DNA of 62,083 bases, counting the filler, from Asterionella formosa (Eukaryota): assembly GCA_002256025.1 (NCBI GenBank). It is 13 parts of 13 records of this genome, joined end to end, with 100 filler letters (N's around TTAATTAATTAA, not from the genome) between each part and the next. Parts side by side here need not be neighbours in the genome. Positions count along the whole stretch, not along the records: positions 9,620 to 14,315 come from NKIB01013405.1; positions 14,416 to 19,106 come from NKIB01013406.1; positions 19,207 to 23,892 come from NKIB01013407.1; 10 more parts are not named here. The stretch is one strand, 5' to 3'. Below are positions 12,492 to 23,435 of the stretch, one piece after another; the stretch's first letter is position 1; each line of letters starts with the position of its first letter. The notes beneath the pieces are model-generated. The model made no database searches. It was not told the origin of the DNA and worked only from the letters and a program-made list of their open reading frames with translations. The translations under genes were made by a program, and so were the position numbers.

Positions 12492-12654
12492 TAACACTTG
12501 AACTATGCAATTCGAGATTCATTGTTGAAATCATGGCTTATCCGTGCCTGCATAAGCAATATAATATGCCCCCGTAATATGAGTAGATTGATATTTGGGA
12601 AAAGCAATTAGGGATAATGCCACATGTCACGATCTTAAGACCTCAACCCATTCC

Positions 12655-14226
12655 TTAGCTGCCTTTGCTCTTAGCCTTACTTGCGCCTATAGCAACAATA
12701 TCAATCCCCAAACGCTTCAAGTTTCTGATCGTTTTTCGACGACACTTCTTGAAAAATTTCTTCTCCTGCACTCGCCGCTTTTCTCCCTGAATCACTTGGC
12801 TTGCGCGGAGGGTTTCTATTGAAGGCTCTTGCTGAATATTCTTTAGCTTTGTGAAAACATCAACGGGACCACGCCCAGGACCTTTGGGCAGTTGGGTAAG
12901 AATATCAATCATTTCTTCTTCGTCATAGTCTTCTTCATCTCGCTCATCAAGGAATTCAACTCGTCGTTGCGAAGGCAGAGAAATATATTCTAGCAAGTTG
13001 GATCCTGCCGGTGGCGTGTAACGAAATGGGTCATCTTGTACCCATGATCGTATCAAGGAGTACATCGAAGCATCTTCTTGATGTGCATCAAAGTTAATCC
13101 TTCGATTGAGAATATGAAAAATTGCGGAAGCGTCCTTAGGCATGGCCTTTCTAATTTGTTCCTTTGTGACTTTGAAAAGAGTAGTATCATAAAGAGCACA
13201 TTTGTTTCTACATTCGGATGTTGCGGCCACATCAGGTGCATGCCGCAAAGTGGGTAAAATTGCGTTTGAAAGCGGGGGCATGTCTGGCACATTTTCGTGT
13301 TGTGGATTTTTCTTGCTGTAATAGTAAGCTTCACGGTTTTCTTGTTTATTCCTACATTGATGATTCGTAGCAGACGTGGCACCAGCAGTCATAATGGCGA
13401 GCCTCTCCTTTCTGCTGGGTAACAATGCGGCTTTACGAGCAGCTTCCTTGATTGCCTCGTGCTTGGCTCTTGTTTCGTCACCAATTGGAGGCCAAGTTTG
13501 AGACGCATTTCTTGTTGACCGCCCATCTGGTCCAAAACTTTGAACCCGATATTGCAAATTGTTGATCCCTTTTCTATTTTTTGAGTGGAATTTCACGTTC
13601 GTCATATTATAGGTCGATGGATTCTTCGGCACATTGGGGCCACTATGGGCCGATGTCGATGTGGGATAGAGTGATGGACCATGTTGTTGGTAGTGGTGGT
13701 GGTGGTGGTAACAGTGGTGCTGATGTTGATGCTGCACTTGTCCATATTGGGGTGGAGACTGCATGAAGCTGCCACCATACGGAGCATTCACTGCTTGGAA
13801 ATTGGGTCCTCCTGCGACCATCATTTGTCGCGATGCGAAGGGATACATGGGCATAGCTGGCTGAGGAAAATTCATTTGCTGATGATTAGGATGAGCGAGG
13901 GGCATGCCATGATTTGTAGCCCCAAATGGCCGAAGTCCCGATACAGTTCCATTGATGTTGTGTTGATACATGTTCATATTGAGTTGTGAATGAGGAAAAG
14001 GAGGTCTTTCCTGTCCTACATTCATGAATTGATTGGAATGGTGTAAGTTTGTAGCAGAACACGGATGTCTCCGACCTGGCGAGTTTGCGGATTCGTCTGT
14101 GTCTGCCGTTGCTGATGGAATGTCGTTGTCATTGTGTGCTGGAGCGAGCTGGGCAGAGCGAGGATCAGTACCAGTACAGCTGGCACCTCCGTCCGTTTCA
14201 TTCTTGTCGAAGCCATTCGAGTTCAT
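12655..14226 (-). CDS. LIN37-like (MuvB/DREAM) protein with a long low-complexity N-terminus
   Basis: 523 aa ORF. RRINFDAHQEDASMYSLIRSWVQDDP resembles the LIN37 core (LYxxxRxW). The N-terminal half is His/Gln/Pro-rich and the C-terminus is basic. Confidence 0.6.
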   Translation of the reverse strand: MNSNGFDKNETDGGASCTGTDPRSAQLAPAHNDNDIPSATADTDESANSPGRRHPCSATNLHHSNQFMNVGQERPPFPHSQLNMNMYQHNINGTVSGLRPFGATNHGMPLAHPNHQQMNFPQPAMPMYPFASRQMMVAGGPNFQAVNAPYGGSFMQSPPQYGQVQHQHQHHCYHHHHHYQQHGPSLYPTSTSAHSGPNVPKNPSTYNMTNVKFHSKNRKGINNLQYRVQSFGPDGRSTRNASQTWPPIGDETRAKHEAIKEAARKAALLPSRKERLAIMTAGATSATNHQCRNKQENREAYYYSKKNPQHENVPDMPPLSNAILPTLRHAPDVAATSECRNKCALYDTTLFKVTKEQIRKAMPKDASAIFHILNRRINFDAHQEDASMYSLIRSWVQDDPFRYTPPAGSNLLEYISLPSQRRVEFLDERDEEDYDEEEMIDILTQLPKGPGRGPVDVFTKLKNIQQEPSIETLRASQVIQGEKRRVQEKKFFKKCRRKTIRNLKRLGIDIVAIGASKAKSKGS

Positions 14227-15276
14227 TGCTCATCGACTTTGCATTTCCTCCTTCTGGTAGAGGATGTGATGTATTAATTATGTTGCACTTGCTGTCACAG
14301 GTCATGCTTTTTGCANNNNNNNNNNNNNNNNNNNNNNNNNNNNNNNNNNNNNNNNNNNNTTAATTAATTAANNNNNNNNNNNNNNNNNNNNNNNNNNNNN
14401 NNNNNNNNNNNNNNNCTTGCAGGATGTTGGCATGCTGTGTTGATTTGTCGTGACCACGTGAACTCTCGAGGGCCTGCGATCCTGTTACCTCAACATAGAT
14501 CCTACACTCCTGTGAGGTTCACAATCGTTGTGTTGTGGAAGGGAAATCCACAGTTGGGAGTGTCAGGAAAAACCGAAAGAAAGATATACTATAGCGTTGG
14601 GGATAGGGTCAATGTCAAACTCGCCGTGCTCGAAACAGCAAGGAGTCTTCTGCTTGATATTCATCCGTGTTTGAAAAATATTGATACCGGGATACCGGTA
14701 CCAGGTAGTACGTCCTGCTTGCCGCCCATGTCATCATCTCGCGGTATCAGGTGTACCTGGTACCCTGCTACCAGATGCTTTTTTTTTCTTCTCTGAATTT
14801 TAAGGCCCTTATTTTAGTTACTATCTAATTAATAGCCACAACTGCTTTGCCGGGATGCTGCAGCAGCTGGCATGCTGACGATGCAGCGCCTTGTTTGTGG
14901 TTGCTTCAGCACTGTTTACCTAGCTAACATAGCTAGGAGGAGTAAAAAATACTCCGGTACGTAACGACCAGTAGCCTCGTCAACCAGCCACAATGAAATC
15001 ATATGAAATATAGGATAAGATAGGAGTACTCCTCCTATACTCTGTACTTCTTCAAAATAGAGTATAAACATTCCTCTACATGTAGCTACAGTGTAGGAGT
15101 ACCTACCTGCTACCTGGTAGCATTACTCGCAGTACGAGGTACCTACCGATATGTTGTGTGGTACCCTGGTACCTGGTACCTCGTGAGTACCAGGTAGCTA
15201 ACAATCAGGTACCGGTAGGCTCACAAATTCTGCATGCAGGCAAGGGAGAGGCAAATCAGTCACAAATTCTGCCACC

Positions 15277-16662
15277 ATGATTTCGACGAAGAACTGCCAG
15301 AACAGCCGCCGCAAGCTTGCTGTGGCAGCCTTCTTGGCGGCACTATCACCGTCTCATGCCTTTGTAGTTGTTTCACCCAGAGAGGTGGCAGCGTCGTGGA
15401 GGCTCCATTCCATGACTGAAAACGAAGCAGCAGCGCGCGAAGATCTTCCTGATTACGGCAAAACAAGCGTTGACATTGACCAGATATCCCTTGAAAAGAA
15501 GGAGACTTGGCGGCGCAAGGACCTCTTCGGAACGACTCTTCTAGATCAAACAATGGAAGGACTTGAGACAGATGAAGACTATCAATTGACAACTGAACGC
15601 CTCAAGACCATGGGCGCAGAGAAAATGTCCAAGGAGGAACGAACTCAGCGCCGCAGGGCACTAGACTCCCTAGGTGTCCCGGGCTTTACTACCTTTCTGG
15701 CACAAAACTTGCCAACTGGTGAAAATTTGCGACGCAAGACACCAGAAGTGCTACAAGTCAACATTGGACTATACTGCAATCAAGCCTGCGGTCACTGTCA
15801 TGTAGAGTCTAGTCCATTGCGCACGGAAATGATGTCTGCGGAGGCTGCAGCTCAATGCTTGCAGCTATTAAAAAACACTCCTTCGATCACAACTTTCGAC
15901 ATTACGGGGGGAGCGCCAGAGCTCAATAACAACTTTCGCTTTCTAGTCAAAATGGCTAGAGAGCTACGACCTGATATTGACATTATTGATCGCTGCAACT
16001 TGACTGTCTTGCAAGAACCAGGACAAGAAGATCTTATTGACTTTCTCAAGGAACACTCCGTACACATTGTTGCCTCTATGCCATGTTACTCGGCAGAAAA
16101 TGTGGACCAACAGCGCGGTAACGGTGTCTTTGATAGATCCATTTCTGCCCTACTGGCCTTGAATGATGCTGGTTACGGGACTACGGAGACATTGAAACTT
16201 GACTTGGTTTACAATCCTCTTGGAGCATTTTTACCTCCGCCTCAAGACAAACTAGAAGCCAAGTATCATGAAGTCTTGGAACAAAATTTTGGGATCTTGT
16301 TCAATCAATTGTTTACCATGACGAATATGCCAGTCAAGCGATTTGCTGATTTCTTGCACCGACGAGGCGAACTCAAGGATTACATGGATTTGCTAGTGAG
16401 AAATTTTAACAAGGATGCAACGAAAAGTCTCATGTGTCTAAACACAGTTAGTGTTAGTCACAACGGAAAGATTTTCGATTGTGATTTCAACCAGCAACTT
16501 GGATTTGGTGTTGGTGAAAAAGATAAGATCCATGATGGTGGTGTATCCATCTTTGATATTGAATCTTTAACGGATCTTCAGAAATATGGTATTCGTTTCG
16601 ACAACCATTGCTTTGGATGCACTGCTGGTATGGGATCTAGTTGCCAGGGTACCACGGCATGA
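15277..16662 (+). CDS. arsS: ArsS-like radical SAM / Cys-rich domain (DUF3641) enzyme with a predicted plastid presequence
   Basis: LQVNIGLYCNQACGHCHVESSP (CxxxCxxC), DITGGAPELN, DRCNLT, LVYNPLGAFLPP, DCDFNQQL and C-terminal HCFGCTAGMGSSCQG. N-terminal LAVAAFLAALSPSHA|F. Confidence 0.85.
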   Translation: MISTKNCQNSRRKLAVAAFLAALSPSHAFVVVSPREVAASWRLHSMTENEAAAREDLPDYGKTSVDIDQISLEKKETWRRKDLFGTTLLDQTMEGLETDEDYQLTTERLKTMGAEKMSKEERTQRRRALDSLGVPGFTTFLAQNLPTGENLRRKTPEVLQVNIGLYCNQACGHCHVESSPLRTEMMSAEAAAQCLQLLKNTPSITTFDITGGAPELNNNFRFLVKMARELRPDIDIIDRCNLTVLQEPGQEDLIDFLKEHSVHIVASMPCYSAENVDQQRGNGVFDRSISALLALNDAGYGTTETLKLDLVYNPLGAFLPPPQDKLEAKYHEVLEQNFGILFNQLFTMTNMPVKRFADFLHRRGELKDYMDLLVRNFNKDATKSLMCLNTVSVSHNGKIFDCDFNQQLGFGVGEKDKIHDGGVSIFDIESLTDLQKYGIRFDNHCFGCTAGMGSSCQGTTA

Positions 16663-16879
16663 ATACAGTTAGTTCACCGGGGTAAAACCTGAGACTTATC
16701 TGCGTGAGCAGACAATTTTATAACGAAACAGAATAACTCGTGTTGAAACAGCCGCATTGTAAATCGTGAAAATGAATGTCGTTGACCGCATCTTGCAAAG
16801 TTCCATTGATAATGATTTCAATATTTAACAAGAAAATAACCCATCATTTACCATGCTTGACTGTGGTCAGGTCATCTCT

Positions 16880-17700
16880 AGACATGAAACTTCACAAGGT
16901 TGGGTGAACTTTTAAATGCATAAGCAGTAGCCTGTCCACTTTTTTCTGTCGTAACATTCTCAACTCGCAACCTGTGCCCAACAGCCTCGACTAGTATGGT
17001 CCTTCCACCATATTCTCGAAGAATCACTACAAGGATACCCAACTCACCAACACAATCCCTCTTGTATTCCACTTCTCCACTCAAGCAAATTACCGTTCTG
17101 TGGATGGAGGAAGAGTACTTTATATCAAATGAACTTGTATATGACTTCCTCTTATCAACATGACCAAACATGTGCAATGAAATTGCTCTTCCCCTTTCTC
17201 CTTCAGTCACAAGTCTTGATATGCCCAGAATATATATTTAACCCCCCCCTCCAGCCAGAAATGTCTGCATGACATTTTGGGGTAAACTTGACCTCCTTTC
17301 CAATCTTGGTCTCAATCTGGGGCTGCATCACTGCTTTCTTATTCAAGAAGTCAGCACAAATTGACATGATTCATGTGTCTCAAATTTCACTCAATATTGA
17401 TGATTCCATACGCATCTTTCTGTTCAGTTCAAGTGTAGTAAGATACATTTTGCTACCAGCAACCATCCCTCAATCCCACAATCATTGGATTAACTTGTTC
17501 TTGTTGCCTCCTTGTTGACTTCCTTCACTTTTCTTTCTTGGCTAGCAGTTTCAATTTCATGCTGAAAACAAAGATTCTGAAGCTCATGTTCTTTTCTTTT
17601 TCTTTTTGATGCAAGGGCATCAGACAATTGGGAACGCTCCCAAGAATGATTTTCCATCTGAGGTGGCCATTGTGGACCACAATGCTGCTGCTATCAAATG
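16880..17700 (-). pseudogene. Degenerate IS630/Tc1-like DDE transposase (C-terminal part)
   Basis: The minus strand around 17220-17360 reads DFLNKKAVMQ...KFTPKCHADISG, then after frameshifts GV-Y-W, resembling the PKxHxELxxxxIEYxW motif. Many stops and frameshifts. Confidence 0.5.
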
Positions 17701-18184
17701 TCCAGATGTATTATACCATATTGTTGGTGCCAAAACGATACAACAGGCACTACTATGCTTTGTCAATTTTGTGACACAAACAGAGAAGAAGACCTTCTTT
17801 CATAGTGTTTTGCAGCACTGTATGCCCTAGGGGTTGGTGATGATTCTCAAGTGTGCAATGAATGCCAATTGATCAAGCAATTGCTCATTTTGTATATAAT
17901 GAACATTACATAATTTGCATGTCTAAGTAATACATGTTTATAGATAGTCTATGTAACCTATGTATTTATTGATAGAATATTCAAATGTTAAAAATCTATC
18001 CTCATGCTAGGACTTATAAATTGGCTACGAAATATACTTGTAGCATGATTCCAGACATGCATTCACCACCACAAGAATTGAAGCAAGTGAATAAATCAAG
18101 CATGGCCTAAATTGCGCACTTTGTTCCATCATCATTACTCCTCGTTGCTACCTTCATCATACTCTTGTAAACTGGTACCAGGTA

Positions 18185-19106
18185 CCACCTAAAAACTGAG
18201 AGTCATATAAAGTTTACCCCATGTTTCGACTCAAACTATTTTAGTCAAATTTCATGGTGACAACAAATCAAGTACGTAGCTAAATGTAGAACAGGCTCTC
18301 CGCTTTCAATAGGTCTCTTTAATTAGTAATGAAGCTTCATAATTCAAGAGATATGAAGTTTTTAAAGTTGATGATTATGGTCGTTTTGTATGACTATCAA
18401 TACATATTTTTTACTACGTACCAGAAGAAAATTTTATATTCGAATTCTGGTTTCGATTACCCTATTGTTCACTCTAAAGCTTTTTCCTGCCACAAAATTA
18501 TTTGTCCGTTGCATCATCTACCCATTTATGATTCATTGTTTTCATTTTTTAAACCTTAAATAATAATGTGTTTGCCTTTTAACTCAAATATTATTTCAGT
18601 TTTTGTGTCAATAATCTTACCTACATTCGTTTTGATGATGGTTTGATATAGATTTATATAGGGATTATTTACGTTCGTCACTAATTAGTGTTCTGCTTAC
18701 ATCAGGCTACTGGTTTGGTATTACACTATGACAGATGTCAGCCAAGCGAGAATTTTTTGTTTGATTGCTTGTTGGCTTCTCCACCTTGCTCCGCTTCCGC
18801 TTCCGCTTCTGCTTACGCTATCGCCTCCTTGTTTCGTCGCTTCCTTCATATTTCTCCTCTCAGCCAGCCACCCTTCATATTCTTCCTTGCCCGAATCATG
18901 CAAGGCAGTGCGGCTGGACTTTCAATTTCCCCCTTATGTGCCAGCACAATTGTCAACTCCAGGCCAAGGGGGGAGAATAGGGGGATTGGACTCGCAGCAA
19001 GAACCACAGCAGTTTTGATCTCTTCTGCTGGCGCCTGCTGGTCTCCTCGGTGTGAGGTCTCTCCCAAGCGGGTAAGTATGGCTTGTCTTGTTTGTGGTAC
19101 CGGGAA
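18185..19106 (-). mobile_element. Tc1/pogo-like TIR element fragment, running into a gap
   Basis: Terminus gTA|ccacctaaaaactg resembles those at 25106 and 32287. 19000-19106 encodes VPQTRQAILTRLGETSHRGDQQ, homologous to 32820-32900. Confidence 0.6.
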
Positions 19107-19601
19107 NNNNNNNNNNNNNNNNNNNNNNNNNNNNNNNNNNNNNNNNNNNNTTAATTAATTAANNNNNNNNNNNNNNNNNNNNNNNNNNNNNNNNNNNNNN
19201 NNNNNNATGATACCTAGAAACAAAAGCAACGAAGCTAGTAAGAAATTCTTGTCCCACTGTCCCTAATTTTGTACAGACAAAGCAACTCACCCGATGACTA
19301 TTACAATTGTACATGGTCTTCAATGAAGGCAAATGAGCAGGACTGTTGCTTTGTGTGCTTCCCTAGTTCTTTTATGTAGATGAATCCCTAACCATCTTTT
19401 GCGAAGGTTTCATTATCAACCAGCCCTTCATTTTCATCATCTTGCATGATGTATGCTACATAAAAATGCACTCATATCCTACCATTCTGCACACCCTTCA
19501 TGGTCATCATTATGCACCTGAACGATGATAAGAAACCTTGTGAGGAATGAATCAGAAACAATAAACACAGGAAGTGTACAAATATGTTACCTACGCTAGA
19601 A

Positions 19602-19838
19602 GGGGAATGGCTTAGTGGTTAGCACACCCACTGTGGTGGCGGGTTCGATTCCTGCATTCTCCATCTGTCTTTTTCATGTAGTCCCTAGGGTTCCGGGGGG
19701 TGCGGCTGACAAAAAGACAGGTCCTGTTTTACCTTACGGACGAATAAAACCGGTACTAATTGTGCCCATCTATTTGGTGGGCCCGAGTGCAATTATTGGA
19801 TAGCTTTAATGTACTATAATATTTAATTGACATTTATG
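19602..19838 (+). mobile_element. tRNA-derived SINE, copy 2
   Basis: Head GGGGAATGGCTTAGTGGTTAGC...GCGGGTTCGATTCCTGCATTCTCCA has A and B boxes plus acceptor and T stems. AT-rich tail. 13-bp TSD accta(c/t)gctagaa at 19589-19601 and 19839-19851. Confidence 0.87.
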
Positions 19839-21487
19839 ACCTATGCTAGAAACTTCAGAATGAACATCTGCCAATCTTTCCAGTTCAAATGATAAAGTCA
19901 TATACAATCCTTCACTGGCTAATCATGCATACTAGGCCCTTCCGCCACCATACTACTGCTATACTGCTAGCAGTTCATACTCTCAATGTAGACAAGACTT
20001 ACTTCATATAAATGGTGCATATATACTTCAACACCAAACATGTTGATGCATGCAATCAAAGTCAAATCACAATCACAAAACTGGTTCAAAACTACTAGTA
20101 TAATGGATATGAAATTCTTGGATGAATGTAGCAAACAAAGCAATTTGGCATATACACCTAGTAGTAATGAGGATCTCTGACCCTCAGTAGTATAGCAAAC
20201 AATGAAAAAACATACATGGCTGAGATTTCCACATTTCGTAAATCCCACTTACATGAAAGCTAGGATAGCTAATCTTACCCTGCAGCTCATAATCATTACT
20301 TCTTTCACCTTTTAACTTTCAAATTGCACAAGAACTTGAGGACAAGATTTGCATGGGTGCACATAATTGTGTTAAAAAATCTGATGTGTTACACTCAAGA
20401 TGAATATTGCGGGTTATACAGAATATGGAAAGGAACCCTAGGTGTCAGTGTTAAAATATATTTCACTATGTTAAGAGAGAAAATAATTCATTTTGATTAT
20501 TAAATAATTTAATCTTTTCGAAACAGAACAGTTTTGTGCCCTGCTCCTTTAAAAAGAGAAAATAATGTATTCTAATTTTTAGATAATTTAATCTTTTTGA
20601 ATATNNNNNNNNNNNNNNNNNNNNNNNNNNNNNNNNNNNNNNNNNNNNNNNNNNNNNNNNNNNNNNNNNNNNNNNNNNNNNNNNNNNNNNNNNNNNNNNN
20701 NNNNNNNNNNNNNNNNNNNNNNNNNNNNNNNNNNNNNNNNNNNNNNNNNNNNNNNNNNNNNNNNNNNNNNNNNNNNNNNNNNNNNNNNNNNNNNNNNNNN
20801 NNNNNNNNNNNNNNNNNNNNNNNNNNNNNNNNNNNNNNNNNNNNNNNNNNNNNNNNNNNNNNNNNNNNNNNNNNNNNNNNNNNNNNNNNNNNNNNNNNNN
20901 NNNNNNNNNNNNNNNNNNNNNNNNNNNNNNNNNNNNNNNNNNNNNNNNNNNNNNNNNNNNNNNNNNNNNNNNNNNNNNNNNNNNNNNNNNNNNNNNNNNN
21001 NNNNNNNNNNNNNNNNNNNNNNNNNNNNNNNNNNNNNNNNNNNNNNNNNNNNNNNNNNNNNNNNNNNNNNNNNNNNNNNNNNNCTTCGAGCATTTGCGGC
21101 AGCTATTGTAATCGATTTCGGGTTTGTAATGGAGTGGCGGTGAGTCTAGACTGGTCAACCCGGCTAACAATTACTTCACTATAAAGCCAGACAATTTTTC
21201 TTGTGCCGAGCATGATTCCCCGGTTCCCTCCCTCTGACAGATACCGTTGTAAATAAAGGGAAAACTACTGAATGTGACTGTGCCTTACTAAAAACCTACG
21301 CAATGCGTGAGTTTACGCCAAGTACAAAGATATAGAAGAAAGTAATCATGAAAATGCCTCCTACATACTAACTGGCGGCAAATCGAGTATCAATAGAATA
21401 GATTTTTCAGGCGTAGAATATTGAGTCGATGCATGCTCCTGTTCATGGATCCATTGAAACAACTCTTAAAAAAACATTTTAGTCTCT

Positions 21488-22630
21488 TCAATTGGGTTCC
21501 CAAAGGGTATTTGGCATGAATCGAGGCCTACACGTATGGCAGTAGCAAAACGACCGATCGCACCCCACAAAGGCCTTTGGGTCCTGCATCGTCACAAGAG
21601 CATTGATATTCGTCCAAACCTCTGCCACATCGGCATGTATTTCGTTCAATAAGACATCACGTTGGTCCTGGGTTGCTCCCATATCCATATCTAAATATTG
21701 ACCTGGGCCATCTTCACTGGTGAGAAATAAAAGGCGTAACATGCGCAAGTCGAGGCCCTTCAATTTATCCACGTTCTTTTCTCTCAACAACAGAGCATAG
21801 ATTTTCAACTGATAAAAGGCTTGAGTGACAATTTTCTCATTCATAGTTGGACTGTATTTGAGATTCGGAGCTTTACCCGTCTTGTAATCCACAATGCGTA
21901 GTGCTGTGCGACCGTCGTCTGGGCTCTTGTACATGTCGATGCGATCGATAATTCCCCTCACATGAAAACAAGGAGCGTCTGGTGGAGTGGGTTTCGTTGT
22001 CGCCGTCACTCCAAGACTGGAGTCTAAGGCCAAGTCACTTCGGACCCAAATTTCCCGCTGCACTGGGTTGGGCCGACAAATCTGCGTGGGATCCTCAAGT
22101 TGATAATAATTCTCCAGGAGTGCCAGCCCCGACTTTCCCCACGTTCGCTCTCCCTCGGTATCCCATTTTCCTTCCTGCGAACCAAATAAGATGCGATAGG
22201 TATCATTGTTTCGGACTTTGCTCCAGCTGACGCGAAATAGGTTTTGTAGCGTTTCCAAGCTGCGCTCTTCTGGGGCCAAGTCAAATAGTTTTTCTAGCGC
22301 CTCGTGACACATACTACCTTTGGCCAATACCAGGCTTGTCGGTTGACGGATTCCCCAAAGATATTGAAATAGATAGCTCTGCGGGCAGTTCTTGAACTCC
22401 GAAATCGCCGATGGCGAAAGAGATTTTGGGGCTGGAATGGTTCCATTGGTCATTGCGCTTGGATGTAAAAGTTCGGGTGTGACATCACGATCTTGTTCCA
22501 TGGAGGTCAGGAGGGTCGATAACGCTCGAGTTGATTTGTGACAATAGGATAACAGAGCGCCTGAACGTCGCAACACATGTGCCATCATCATTAGAAAGTA
22601 AAGGGCGGTCGCTGAATTGCGCATGAACAA
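21488..22630 (-). CDS. PD-(D/E)XK RecB/AddB/Cas4-like exonuclease with a probable Fe-S staple, likely organelle-targeted
   Basis: SLSPSAISEFKNCP, GSMCHEALE, RGIIDRID, IVDYKTGK, QLKIYAL and C-terminal CDRSFCYCHTC. Has an N-terminal targeting-like extension. Confidence 0.85.
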   Translation of the reverse strand: MFMRNSATALYFLMMMAHVLRRSGALLSYCHKSTRALSTLLTSMEQDRDVTPELLHPSAMTNGTIPAPKSLSPSAISEFKNCPQSYLFQYLWGIRQPTSLVLAKGSMCHEALEKLFDLAPEERSLETLQNLFRVSWSKVRNNDTYRILFGSQEGKWDTEGERTWGKSGLALLENYYQLEDPTQICRPNPVQREIWVRSDLALDSSLGVTATTKPTPPDAPCFHVRGIIDRIDMYKSPDDGRTALRIVDYKTGKAPNLKYSPTMNEKIVTQAFYQLKIYALLLREKNVDKLKGLDLRMLRLLFLTSEDGPGQYLDMDMGATQDQRDVLLNEIHADVAEVWTNINALVTMQDPKAFVGCDRSFCYCHTCRPRFMPNTLWEPN

Positions 22631-23435
22631 GGGCTGCGCCGAAAGGAAGAGCCTACTGCAGCGAGTGTGTCGCTACCAAAGGTCAGCCAGAGTACGTAAG
22701 GAGGAGCGACAGTAGTCTAGGTCTTGCTTCATGCGTATTAATTAAATAATGTACAAACACATTCTTTATTTGATGCTAGTTCTTTGGCTTTTCGCTCAGC
22801 CTGCCAACCATCATCATACATAGCTATCGGTATCACATTATTTACACCCGTATTGGATTTTAGCGTTGTTGTTAGACTCGTACGACCGGTGTTCGTTTCA
22901 GTTTTGGCGCGCCATTTGGGTGGAAACCTACCGGTATTCGTGACAGACAGTGTCGTCTCTTTCACTTTAGTTCAAGGTATACTACATAGACTACCGTGGT
23001 CCACTGGTCCCAGGTACGGTAGACTAGTCTACCTAGTCTACCTGGACTTGAAATTATACTAGAGTCTACATAATGGCTAGTACTTCATTGGCTAGTTTAC
23101 GTCTGGTAGAACCAGAGTGAGAGTGATGACTGACCGCTCCATAGATTTCAGCTCATCGTTTTCTCACATACCAGTACATCAAATGCTACAAAGTTCAACC
23201 ATTGATGGCATCTGCATAATTCTGGCATAGGCGTCTTATACAATCATTGCAACGACATCAATCATGTTCCTAGCTTCAAGCCTCATTAGCCTTGATTGTA
23301 TTATACACATTCACGATATGGCCTGCGAAAGTTTCGTTTCTGTTTGATTCATAGAACAACATTGGCACAGGCAGCATAATTTCAAGGGAGCGCAATAATC
23401 CTTCTTAAATATTCCGCAGTTTTAGTTTCATTTCC

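Noticed and set aside
19602..19664. tRNA gene
   Set aside because: Too short, with no 7-nt anticodon loop or variable region, and it continues into a repeated body with a TSD. It is a SINE head.
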